Origin: Abditibacterium sp.
GTDB taxonomy: Bacteria > Armatimonadota > Abditibacteriia > Abditibacteriales > Abditibacteriaceae
NCBI GenBank assembly: GCA_965246885.1
Contig: CBDFFV010000001.1
Coordinates: forward strand, 1-64,000
DNA length: 64,000 bases
Direction: 5' to 3'
Under the pieces are notes generated by a model that saw only the letters and a program-made list of their open reading frames with translations, did not search any database and was not told the DNA's origin. Positions 16,898 through 25,173 of this stretch are shown here, piece after piece. Each line of letters begins with the position of its first letter. Position 1 is the first letter of the stretch. A program made the position numbers and the translations under genes.

Positions 16898-18943
16898 TCA
16901 AATTCCTCTTACCTGTTCCGTTTGTGTAAACGCCATGTTTCCTGAACTCCCCTTTTCGACGCCTTGCAGCCACGCGCCAAGGGCCAGTACTCGCCACAGA
17001 GCAAATGCGACGCGCGTGACATGACCGCCGGAGGGCGGCAGAATTTTTAATTCTTCCCACAAGCGGTGCACGGCAGCGACGTCGAGCCACTCAGCCAGCG
17101 CGCCCGGTTCTTCCAGCCATGTTTCAATGCGTGCGGCTTCAACCGCGCGCAGCCCATGAATCATTTGCGGCGCGAAGTTCGTTTTCGCGGCCCGCCATTG
17201 CACTCCCGGAGGTAGTAGCCCTTGCATCGCGCGGCGCATGACCCAGCGATTCCAGCCGTCGCGCAGTTTTTGATCGGACGGCAGGCTTAGACACAGTTCC
17301 ACCATCTCCTGCTCCCAAAACGGAACGCGCACTTCAAGCGCGTGCGCGCCCGCCTGAGAATCTATCGCTTCGAGGGCAACCGCTTGCATGGCAGTCCCCA
17401 ACATTTCGGCGTGGTGGGCGCGCACGATTGGACTAGCGGGAGGAGAAGAAATGGCCGGCAGCAAAGCGCGTTTGTCGGCGCGCACCAGTTCTCGCACCAA
17501 TGCGGCGCTTTCTTCGTCTTCCGACGCGGAACCGGAGCGCGCGCGAGGAAAAGGCATGGCCTCGATGCCGCGTGAAAACAGGCGCAGAAAACGTCCGAGG
17601 AAGCGGGTGCCGCGCGCGCGTTGCATGAGCGGCCCCCACCACAACGGCCAGATGGATTGATTGGTGATGCCAGCGCGCCGCAGGGCGCGCAGTTCGTGGC
17701 GCGCCGCCCCGAAACGACGCTGAAAGGCCAATTCCGCCACCCGCTCGTAACCCAAAAAGACCACTTCGTCGCCGCCGTGCCCATCCAACACGACCTTCAC
17801 GCCCGCTTCTTGAAGCGGTGGGTATTGCACCCACGTCGAGCAGGTGTTGGGGCCAAGGGGGGGGCCATCGAGGTGCCACACGACGCGCTCGATGTCGTGC
17901 AAGGCGCCAATGTCGTCGCCCCAAACCCACTCGCGCCGGAGCTTGTCGCCCGCCAAGGCGAGGTTTTGCTCGATCCAAGGGCGCTCGTCGCATTCGGCGA
18001 AGCGGGCAAAGACCGTCGAAAGCGCCAAAAGAGGCACTTTGTCGGGCGGGGCTTGGCGGATCGCCACCGCCGCCACGGACGACGAGTCCAACCCGCCCGA
18101 CAAAAACGTGGCCAGTTCGCCCGCGCTCCGGCTGCGCTCGGCGACGCTGCGCTCAAAGGCCGCTTTCACCCTTTGGGCGTAATCATCATCATGCGGAAGT
18201 TCCAATTCGCGGCTCGCGTCGAGGCTGAAATACTGCCCTTGGCGCGGTGAGGCGGACGGGTGGGCATCGAGTGCAAGCGAAAGGGTGCGCGCGGGTGCCA
18301 AGCGCTCGACGCCCTCATAAAAAGTGCGTGTGAAAGAAGTAATTTCCCCCGCGAGATATGCGCCGATTTGAACCTCGTCGGGGCAGGGCGGGAAGGGCAG
18401 GGCGGGCCACAGCGCCTTGATTTCGTTGGCGAAAGCGAACACGACGCCCGGCACGAAAGCGAAGTAAAAAGGTCGCACGCCGAAGCGGTCGCGCGCGCAG
18501 AAAAGGGTCTGATTCTTTTCGTCCCACACGGCGAAAGCGAAGTCACCCTTTAAATGGAAGGGCGCTTCTTCGCGCCACAAGGAATACGCTTCGAGCGCCA
18601 AGCGTCCGTCGCTCCACGCCCGCGCTTTCGTTGTATCAAGTCCAAGCTCGAACGCCAACGCTTCCCGTCCGTCCAAGCGCACGTCACCGACCAACCGCAA
18701 CCACTCGCCGCCATCGGCGCTTGGAAGAGAAAGGGCGGCGGCGCCCCCAGCGCATTCCCACTGCGCTTGCGGGGTGGCGTTGAGCGGAGCGGAACCTAAC
18801 GCGACGGCGCCGCGTGCGTCCGTCCAGCGCGCGTTCCATCCGGCAACGTCTACCCGATGGCGCAGACGCTCCAGCATAGTGGCGGCGACCGCGTCAGAAG
18901 CCTCGCTGCCGTCCAAGCGGACGTATCCGACAAAAGCGCTCAT
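16898..18943 (-). CDS. Lasso peptide cyclase (C protein, asparagine synthetase-like)
   Basis: No N-terminal Cys (MSAFVG); ARDRFGVRP, LSGGLDSS, LDGHGGDE and RVPFW motifs; ATGA-coupled to B2. Confidence 0.9.
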   Translation of the reverse strand: MSAFVGYVRLDGSEASDAVAATMLERLRHRVDVAGWNARWTDARGAVALGSAPLNATPQAQWECAGGAAALSLPSADGGEWLRLVGDVRLDGREALAFELGLDTTKARAWSDGRLALEAYSLWREEAPFHLKGDFAFAVWDEKNQTLFCARDRFGVRPFYFAFVPGVVFAFANEIKALWPALPFPPCPDEVQIGAYLAGEITSFTRTFYEGVERLAPARTLSLALDAHPSASPRQGQYFSLDASRELELPHDDDYAQRVKAAFERSVAERSRSAGELATFLSGGLDSSSVAAVAIRQAPPDKVPLLALSTVFARFAECDERPWIEQNLALAGDKLRREWVWGDDIGALHDIERVVWHLDGPPLGPNTCSTWVQYPPLQEAGVKVVLDGHGGDEVVFLGYERVAELAFQRRFGAARHELRALRRAGITNQSIWPLWWGPLMQRARGTRFLGRFLRLFSRGIEAMPFPRARSGSASEDEESAALVRELVRADKRALLPAISSPPASPIVRAHHAEMLGTAMQAVALEAIDSQAGAHALEVRVPFWEQEMVELCLSLPSDQKLRDGWNRWVMRRAMQGLLPPGVQWRAAKTNFAPQMIHGLRAVEAARIETWLEEPGALAEWLDVAAVHRLWEELKILPPSGGHVTRVAFALWRVLALGAWLQGVEKGSSGNMAFTQTEQVRGI

Positions 18944-19416
18944 GACGTTGCGCCACCGGGAGAGGGCGGCGCAAGAGTAGCCGATGCCCCTTTGGGCGCG
19001 ACCGTCAAGAGCGGTTTCCACCTCTCAATCGGCCCCCCGATGATGACCCGACCCTTCCACTCGATCCATGCGTGCGCTTCAAACGGTTTGCGTTTGTTCG
19101 CGGTGGCGTCCACTCCCAGCACCAGCGCACACACCTCGCCCTCGCGGGCCAATACTGTTTGCAGCGTGAGAGCTTGGGTGAGACACGAGGCGCGGGGAAC
19201 AAAACGTGCCGCCCGCCTGACCGCATGGGCGCGCCGCCACACTTCAAAGGGCACCAATTCCGCCACCTGACTGGCCCGCGCCGCGTCGAGCAGGCGCGAC
19301 GCGTCCTCTTCCCACTGTTTGGAGCAGGAGGTGATGGGGCTGCGCCACAGCGCCCACCGCACGCGGGCGACGAGCGGCAAGTAGCGAAACGTCAAAGCCA
19401 AATCTTGCGAGGCCAT
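18940..19416 (-). CDS. Lasso peptide leader peptidase B2 (transglutaminase-like)
   Basis: ASCLTQAL catalytic Cys and FEAHAWIE His motif; start MASQDL at 19416. Confidence 0.9.
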   Translation of the reverse strand: MASQDLALTFRYLPLVARVRWALWRSPITSCSKQWEEDASRLLDAARASQVAELVPFEVWRRAHAVRRAARFVPRASCLTQALTLQTVLAREGEVCALVLGVDATANKRKPFEAHAWIEWKGRVIIGGPIERWKPLLTVAPKGASATLAPPSPGGATS

Positions 19417-19457
19417 AGTTTTGGAACAGGAAGACCGGGGGAAAAGGGCGCTCCGGC

Positions 19458-19745
19458 TTATTCGCACACTTCGATGAGTCCGCGTTCGAGCAGTTGACCC
19501 AGCAAGGCCAACACGTCGTTTTGGCACTGCGTGGCTTCGACGTCGTATTCGTCCAGTAGCTGCGAGGTGATCTCTTGGATTTCGCGCGGGCTTTGGATGA
19601 GTTCCCAGATGCGCGCTCCGACGGGATCGAGGCCGTAGTAGATGCCGTTTTGCAAATCTAAGATAGCCGCTTCGCCTGCGAGGTCGCACGAGACCTGCTC
19701 GCTGGCGGCTTTAACTTGGGTTGTGGGCAGGAGAGTGTGTGTCAT
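19458..19745 (-). CDS. Lasso peptide RRE protein B1 (PqqD family)
   Basis: QVSCDLAGEAAILDLQNGIYYGLDPVGARIWELI..EYDV is a classic lasso PqqD/RRE sequence. Confidence 0.92.
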   Translation of the reverse strand: MTHTLLPTTQVKAASEQVSCDLAGEAAILDLQNGIYYGLDPVGARIWELIQSPREIQEITSQLLDEYDVEATQCQNDVLALLGQLLERGLIEVCE

Positions 19746-19769
19746 AGAGAATGGATGAGAAAATACTGT

Positions 19770-21272
19770 TTATTCGGCGTCAGTGTCGCGCGCGGCGCTT
19801 CCATTGAGGTATTGACCGTTGCGCGCCACGATTTGAAGCGCGGGCAGGGGAGCCGGTTCACCAGTGGCGGGGGCCGCATCGTGAATTTGGGTGAGACCTC
19901 CTCCGCCGTCGAGAGGCACACTGGGCTTCGATTGTTCGGAGCGTTCGCTGATGGCGGGCAAGTCGGGTGTGACCAACCGGGTGGGTGCTTCGACCGACAC
20001 GATGTCGGAGGGCGCACTCGGCTCGCGTTCGCCGATGACAGTTTTACCGTCCGGGGCCAAAATGTGACGGCGGCGGTCGAACCACGCGAAGCGTCCGGCT
20101 TTGACGACGGCGCGGCGGCGGTCGCCCTCGCGCGGGTGGCCTGCTGGATTGCGGCGGCGATCGCCGGTTTCGTCGCGGCGGTCGCCGGGGCTGGTGGTAG
20201 CAATGACGTGCTGGATTTTGGCGCGGAAACTGGGGGTATCGAAGCGCATGGCGTTTTCGCGGATGACTTCGGGGTTCCATTCATGGGCGTAAGCGCGCTC
20301 GACCGCTTCGCATAGCGCTTCAGTGGTTTGCGGGCGGAACAGGATGCCGCTTTTGCCCTCGACTTGCACGTCCAAGGCGCCGCCTGCGGCAAACGCCACG
20401 ACCGGCACGCCCGCCGCGTTCGCTTCGACGGGCGCGATGCCAAAGTCTTCCTCACCGGGCATCAGATACATCTTCGCGCGGGCAATAAGGCCGGGCAGGT
20501 CGGCGTCGGACACGTAACCCAGAAACTCAATCGTCGGCCCGGCAATGGCTTTGAGAGCGTCCAACTGGCGCCCGGTGCCAATCACTTTCAGGGGTTGGCC
20601 TAATTTTGTGAACGCGCGCACCGCCAAATCTACGCGCTTATATGGCACCAAGCGCGAAGCGACGATGCCGTAGTCCCCGACCTCACTGCGCGGGGCGAGT
20701 TGGAATCGTTCGGTGTCCACCGGCGGGTGCACGACTTCGGCTTCGCGGCGGTAGAACTTGCGGATGCGGCGCGCGACGGCGCTGGAGTTGGCGATATACC
20801 TGTCCACGCGCATAGCGGCGATGGCATCCCACGTGCGCAAATAGTGCAGCCCCGGCGCAAGCATCGAGCGAATAGGGGAGGAGATGCGTTCTTTCTCGAC
20901 GTAAGAGGTCGTCGCCCAAGCGTAGCGCATCGGCGAGTGCGTGTAGCAAATGTGGGTGGTGTGCGGCTGGGTAATGACACCCTTGGAAAACGCCGACGAG
21001 CTTGACAGTACGAGGTCGTAACTGCTCAAATCGAACGATTCAAAAGCGGTCGGGTAAAGCAAAAGCGCCGCACGGTGCGTCATCCGCTTGGCGGGCAAAC
21101 GCTGCAAAAACGAGGTGCGAATATCCCAAGAGCGATACGTAGACGGCATCGCGTCGGGGTCATACGCCGACGTGAAGACGGGCGCTTCCGGGAAAAGGTC
21201 GTGGAACACCTCGACCACCTTTTCGGCGCCCCCCATTTGCATCAAAAAATCGTGGACAATTGCAACTCGCAT
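19770..21272 (-). CDS. GT4 glycosyltransferase (WbaZ-like mannosyltransferase) with Arg-rich C-terminal extension
   Basis: MRVAIVHDFLMQMGGAEKV, YTHSPMRYAW and EEDFGIAPVEA motifs; about 140 aa extra tail; 24 bp upstream of B1. Confidence 0.88.
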   Translation of the reverse strand: MRVAIVHDFLMQMGGAEKVVEVFHDLFPEAPVFTSAYDPDAMPSTYRSWDIRTSFLQRLPAKRMTHRAALLLYPTAFESFDLSSYDLVLSSSSAFSKGVITQPHTTHICYTHSPMRYAWATTSYVEKERISSPIRSMLAPGLHYLRTWDAIAAMRVDRYIANSSAVARRIRKFYRREAEVVHPPVDTERFQLAPRSEVGDYGIVASRLVPYKRVDLAVRAFTKLGQPLKVIGTGRQLDALKAIAGPTIEFLGYVSDADLPGLIARAKMYLMPGEEDFGIAPVEANAAGVPVVAFAAGGALDVQVEGKSGILFRPQTTEALCEAVERAYAHEWNPEVIRENAMRFDTPSFRAKIQHVIATTSPGDRRDETGDRRRNPAGHPREGDRRRAVVKAGRFAWFDRRRHILAPDGKTVIGEREPSAPSDIVSVEAPTRLVTPDLPAISERSEQSKPSVPLDGGGGLTQIHDAAPATGEPAPLPALQIVARNGQYLNGSAARDTDAE

Positions 21273-21352
21273 TTCAAAACCTCTGACTCTGGCGCTTAGT
21301 CGAGAATCCTTGAATTTTCGCCGAGTGCCCGGCGAAGGGATTGCCTTCTCGA

Positions 21353-21358
21353 ATTATA
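21353..21358 (-). promoter_or_regulatory. Putative -10 box (TATAAT) for the GT4-B1-B2-C operon
   Basis: Perfect TATAAT on the minus strand about 80 bp upstream of the GT4 start; no clear -35. Confidence 0.4.
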
Positions 21359-21786
21359 CCCGCTTTTTTGTTAAGCTTTCCCCGCTCCTCTCGGAGTGGG
21401 GGTCGTTAACCTCTGCCTTTCCCCACTCCGAGCCGCGCCCGCCGAAGCAAGATGGTCTCCAAGAGCGGGACAAGCGGCGTTTTCATTGGGCCGTCCGAAA
21501 GATTCACCGCTTGGGTGAAACATTCGGCGTGATGCCCTAAACGCTCGCAGTGACACGGTTTTGGCCGCATCGAGGCGAAATATAGACCGCCCCGGAAGCC
21601 GCTTGGTTCAATCGTAACCCGTTTTGGTAGCGCGCGCCCTACTTTAGAAAAAAACACGCGCAAAGATGCCGCCAAGGCTGCCCGGCGTTCACTGCCATGT
21701 CGCCGTGTAGGTATGAGGCAACATTTTCACCTCTGTGTTTCATCCGCGCAAATTTCTGTCGTCGGCAAGTTGTGAAAGTCCTCCGT

Positions 21787-23076
21787 TTAAGCGGTAAGCT
21801 TGGCGGCGAGTCGGTCGGGGAAGCGCTCTTTGACTTCGCGGCGGCGCCCGCGCGTTATCTCCCCGCGCGCTCCTGCCGTGCCGGGGTTGTCACGCAAGAA
21901 GGGCGCGAGTCCCTCCCGCACGCGCTCCTCGATGGCTGTTTGCTCGTCGGGCGCAAGCTCGGCGAAGACGGCATCCAGCGCCTGATTCTGCTCCTCCTCG
22001 TCCTCGAAATCTAAGGGTAAAAGCGCGCGCGGCCCGAAATCGGGCAACAAGATTTGTCGAAGCGAACCGGGAGGGGGCGTTAATGGGCCGTTGACGGCCA
22101 TTCCCGGCGCTTGTGGCGCTTCCGGGCCATGATGTGCCAAAACGGGAGAAAGCGGGCTTCCAAAGCGAAATGTGGCGAGCGGCTCGCCATCTTTGGCCGC
22201 CTCGATTTCCATGCTTTCGAGATACCCGCGCGAGATGAGTTCCTCGACGGCGGGCGCCAGTTTTTCGCGGATTTTCGAGGGGTATTTGTAGGGCGACATT
22301 CCCAATCGGTCGCGCAACTTCCACAAACCGAGGGTGATGATCTTGCGCGGCGGCTTGTCCGCGTGACGCAGTAACTCCAGCAGGCGAAACAAGCGCCGCG
22401 AGGTCGGCGAGTCGAGCGAGATGGCGAAATCGAGCGCGAGCGAGCGCACGTTGCCCGCGTGAAAAGAGGTGTGGAGTACCTCGTCCCAATGAAACCACGA
22501 GAGCGGCAGATGCCCCTGCCCCTTGCGTCCGCGCGCTTCGGCGGAGATGGCGTAAGAACTGATAATACCAAAAGCAATGGAATCGTAGGGCGCTTTGCGG
22601 CGCGCGTCCCAAAAGGCGTGTTGCGCCGCGATGTGAACCGCGCTCAAGCGGTTGAACGCCAGCTCCAACTTTTTGTACCCGAGGTCGTTCGGGTTCCAGT
22701 CGAGCCGGGAAAGTAACTCGTAGCGGGAGAAAGTGACTTTTTGCGGCCACTCGCTTCCGGCGGCGGCTTCGCGGGTGAGTTGCAGCAAGACGAGATACAG
22801 CAACTCTTCGTTCGGCCCGGGCAACCCGTACGCCGTCGGAGTTGTGACATGCCACCGAGCGTTGACAAGCCTTCCGTCCGGCAAAGTACGCGGCGTTTCG
22901 GAAAGCAGTTCGTTTTCGCTTTGACGACCGGGTGGTTGTAAGAGCGCGAAGGGATGTCCGGCTAAATTCATCTCGTCGCGCCCGGAGTGATCGTCACCGA
23001 GCAAAACGAGCTGCGCCGAAGGCAACGGCGCAGCCGTTTTTGCCTCCGTTTGCGAAGCAAAATTGCTTTTTTTCAT
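21787..23076 (-). CDS. repA: Plasmid replication initiator protein (RepA/RPA family)
   Basis: GRDEMNLAGHPFALL N-terminal motif of RPA-type initiators, winged-helix-like core, adjacent iteron array; start 23076 (alternative 23121). Confidence 0.8.
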   Translation of the reverse strand: MKKSNFASQTEAKTAAPLPSAQLVLLGDDHSGRDEMNLAGHPFALLQPPGRQSENELLSETPRTLPDGRLVNARWHVTTPTAYGLPGPNEELLYLVLLQLTREAAAGSEWPQKVTFSRYELLSRLDWNPNDLGYKKLELAFNRLSAVHIAAQHAFWDARRKAPYDSIAFGIISSYAISAEARGRKGQGHLPLSWFHWDEVLHTSFHAGNVRSLALDFAISLDSPTSRRLFRLLELLRHADKPPRKIITLGLWKLRDRLGMSPYKYPSKIREKLAPAVEELISRGYLESMEIEAAKDGEPLATFRFGSPLSPVLAHHGPEAPQAPGMAVNGPLTPPPGSLRQILLPDFGPRALLPLDFEDEEEQNQALDAVFAELAPDEQTAIEERVREGLAPFLRDNPGTAGARGEITRGRRREVKERFPDRLAAKLTA

Positions 23077-23156
23077 AAATTTTTTTCCAATAAGGATTTT
23101 CTTTCTACTTTCTATGTGCAAAGTATGGCTTTATAAAGCCCACGCAAGGCGATCAT

Positions 23157-23485
23157 TTCCCCAACAAGGCGTGTTTCCTTCCCCAACAAGGCGTGTTTAA
23201 CCGTCCCCAATTTCCCCAACAAGGCGTGTTTCTTTTCCCCAACAAGGCGTGTTTCTTTTCGACCTCTTCCCCAACAAGGCGTGTTTCCCGATTTTAAACA
23301 CGCCTTGTTGGGGAAATCCGCGCAAATCCACGCTCAAATGCCTATGGATAACTTGGGGATAACTTTTTAAACACGCCTTGTTGGGGAAGGATTTATCGAC
23401 TCCTGAAACCTCTTCCCCAACAAGGCGTGTTTAAAATCGCGTGACTGCGCCCGAAATGCCTAAAGAAACACGCCTTGTTGGGGAA
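23157..23485. repeat. Iteron array / replication origin: nine exact copies of TTCCCCAACAAGGCGTGTTT
   Basis: Forward copies at 23157, 23179, 23212, 23235, 23267, 23413; reverse copies at 23296, 23369, 23466; immediately upstream of repA. Confidence 0.9.
23343..23362 (-). promoter_or_regulatory. Two DnaA-box-like sites within the origin
   Basis: TATGGATAA (23343) and TGGGGATAA (23354), each one mismatch from TGTGGATAA. Confidence 0.55.
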
Positions 23486-23689
23486 ATCCACGCTCAAAGG
23501 ATAACTTCGGACAGTTCCAAACCCAGTTCGGTGAGGAAGTCACTGGCGCGAGCCGATTTTCCCCTTTCATCGGGATTTGTAACAGATTGTATGGAGTATT
23601 AAGAAAAAGAAAACGCGACGAAAAGAGCCTGCCATCGCCGCCAAACGCCCGCTTATAGCCGCCGAAAAGCGGGTTATGAAAGGGATAAA

Positions 23690-25024
23690 TTACAGTTTTA
23701 CTATACGAGAATGTGGCTGCTCCGCGACTGATTTGAAGGCGTTGCGGGTGTCCACGATGAGGCGCGCCTGCGACGCTATGGCGGGTAAATCGTAGAGGCG
23801 GTGGTCGGTAAGCATCACCACGCAGTCGGCTTCCAGCACCTTTTCTACCGGTTGCGACTCCATCGGATGTTCGCCAATGCGCACACTTGGAACGTGCGGA
23901 TCGTTATAAACTAAGCGCGCGCCGCGCGCCAGAAGCAACTCCGCCACGCGCAGCGACGGGGATTCCCGACAATCGCCGATGTTGGGCTTATAGCTCATGC
24001 CGAGCAGCCCAATGGACGAGTTTTTGACGGCTTTGGCGTCGTCGTTGAGCGCGCGCGTGACCAGTTCCACCACATGATGCGGCATGGCGCGGTTGATTTC
24101 GCCCGCCAACTCGATGAAATGCGTTTGAAAATCGTGCTGGCGCGCCTTCCACGACAGATAAAACGGGTCAATCGGGATGCAATGCCCGCCCAAACCCGGC
24201 CCCGGCAGAAAGCGCGTGAAGCCGTACGGCTTGGTCGAAGCGGCGTCTATCACTTCCCACACGTCTATCTCCATGCGGTCGCACAGCAGCGCCAACTCGT
24301 TCACAAGCGCGATGTTGACCGAGCGAAAAATGTTCTCCAACAGCTTGGTTAGCTCGGCGGCTTGCGTCGAACTGACCGGAACGGTGCGCTCGACGATACA
24401 ATCATACAGCGCGCTCGCCGCCGCCAGACACGCGGGGGTGTGGCCGCCCACCACTTTGGGGACTTTTTGAATCGGAAATGCGGCGTTGCCCGGATCAATG
24501 CGTTCGGGCGAAAAGGCGAGAAAGAAGTCCGTCCCCGCGCGCAGTCCGCCCGCTTCGAGCAGGGGGCGCACCACTTCATCGGTCGTGCCGGGGTAGGTCG
24601 TGCTTTCCAAAATCACCAGTTGTCCGGCGCGAAGCAAGGCCGCTACCGACGCCGCCGCGCTTTCGACCGCCCGCAAATCGGGGTCGCGCGCTTCGGTGAG
24701 GGGCGTAGGAACGCAGATGATGGCCGCGTCGCACTCGCGGAGCCGCCCGAAATCAGTCGTCGCCTCGAAGCGTCCCGACGCCCGCAACTGCCCCACGCGC
24801 TCCGCCGCGATGTCGCCGATGTGCGACTTTCCTGTATTGAGCGCCGCAATAGTTGCGGCGTTGAGGTCGAAACCAGTGGTCTTAAACCCCGCTTCGCCAA
24901 ACGCCACGACCAGCGGCAGGCCGACGTAACCCAACCCCAACACGCCGACGGTGAGCGCGCGGTCATCGATTTTCTTCTGGAAAGCGGTGGCGGACATCTG
25001 GCTTGCAGGGGCGTGGGGAATCAT
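23690..25024 (-). CDS. Nucleotide-sugar dehydrogenase (UDP-GlcNAc 6-dehydrogenase WbpA/TviB/WecC family)
   Basis: GLGYVGLP, ICVPTP, ESTTYPGTT, FSPERIDPG and GGHCIPIDP motifs; start 25024 or 24997. Confidence 0.9.
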   Translation of the reverse strand: MIPHAPASQMSATAFQKKIDDRALTVGVLGLGYVGLPLVVAFGEAGFKTTGFDLNAATIAALNTGKSHIGDIAAERVGQLRASGRFEATTDFGRLRECDAAIICVPTPLTEARDPDLRAVESAAASVAALLRAGQLVILESTTYPGTTDEVVRPLLEAGGLRAGTDFFLAFSPERIDPGNAAFPIQKVPKVVGGHTPACLAAASALYDCIVERTVPVSSTQAAELTKLLENIFRSVNIALVNELALLCDRMEIDVWEVIDAASTKPYGFTRFLPGPGLGGHCIPIDPFYLSWKARQHDFQTHFIELAGEINRAMPHHVVELVTRALNDDAKAVKNSSIGLLGMSYKPNIGDCRESPSLRVAELLLARGARLVYNDPHVPSVRIGEHPMESQPVEKVLEADCVVMLTDHRLYDLPAIASQARLIVDTRNAFKSVAEQPHSRIVKL

Positions 25025-25083
25025 AGCGAGAAATAGCGCGGGCGACTCAATGACAGGAGCGCGCCATTCAGTGACAAAGGCGT

Positions 25084-25134
25084 GGAAATGGCCGCCAGAC
25101 ATGCGGGAATGGCTGCCAGACAAGTGGGAATGGC
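25084..25134. repeat. Degenerate 21-bp tandem repeat, about 2.4 copies
   Basis: GGAAATGGCCGCCAGACATGC / GGGAATGGCTGCCAGACAAGT / GGGAATGGC. Confidence 0.65.
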
Positions 25135-25173
25135 CCACCGAGGCGCGTCAGCCAGTGGCGCGCCTCGGTCTTT

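Noticed and set aside
19458..19745. PQQ biosynthesis (pqqD)
   Set aside because: No pqqA/B/C/E; context with B2 and cyclase identifies it as a lasso RRE.
21273..21786. Possible riboswitch or ncRNA in the 500-bp gap between repA and the GT4-lasso operon
   Set aside because: No family consensus recognisable by eye; an Infernal/Rfam search would be needed.
23157..23485. CRISPR array
   Set aside because: Repeats are only 20 bp, spacers are irregular (2-53 bp), orientations are mixed, no cas genes are present, and the array is adjacent to repA: these are iterons.
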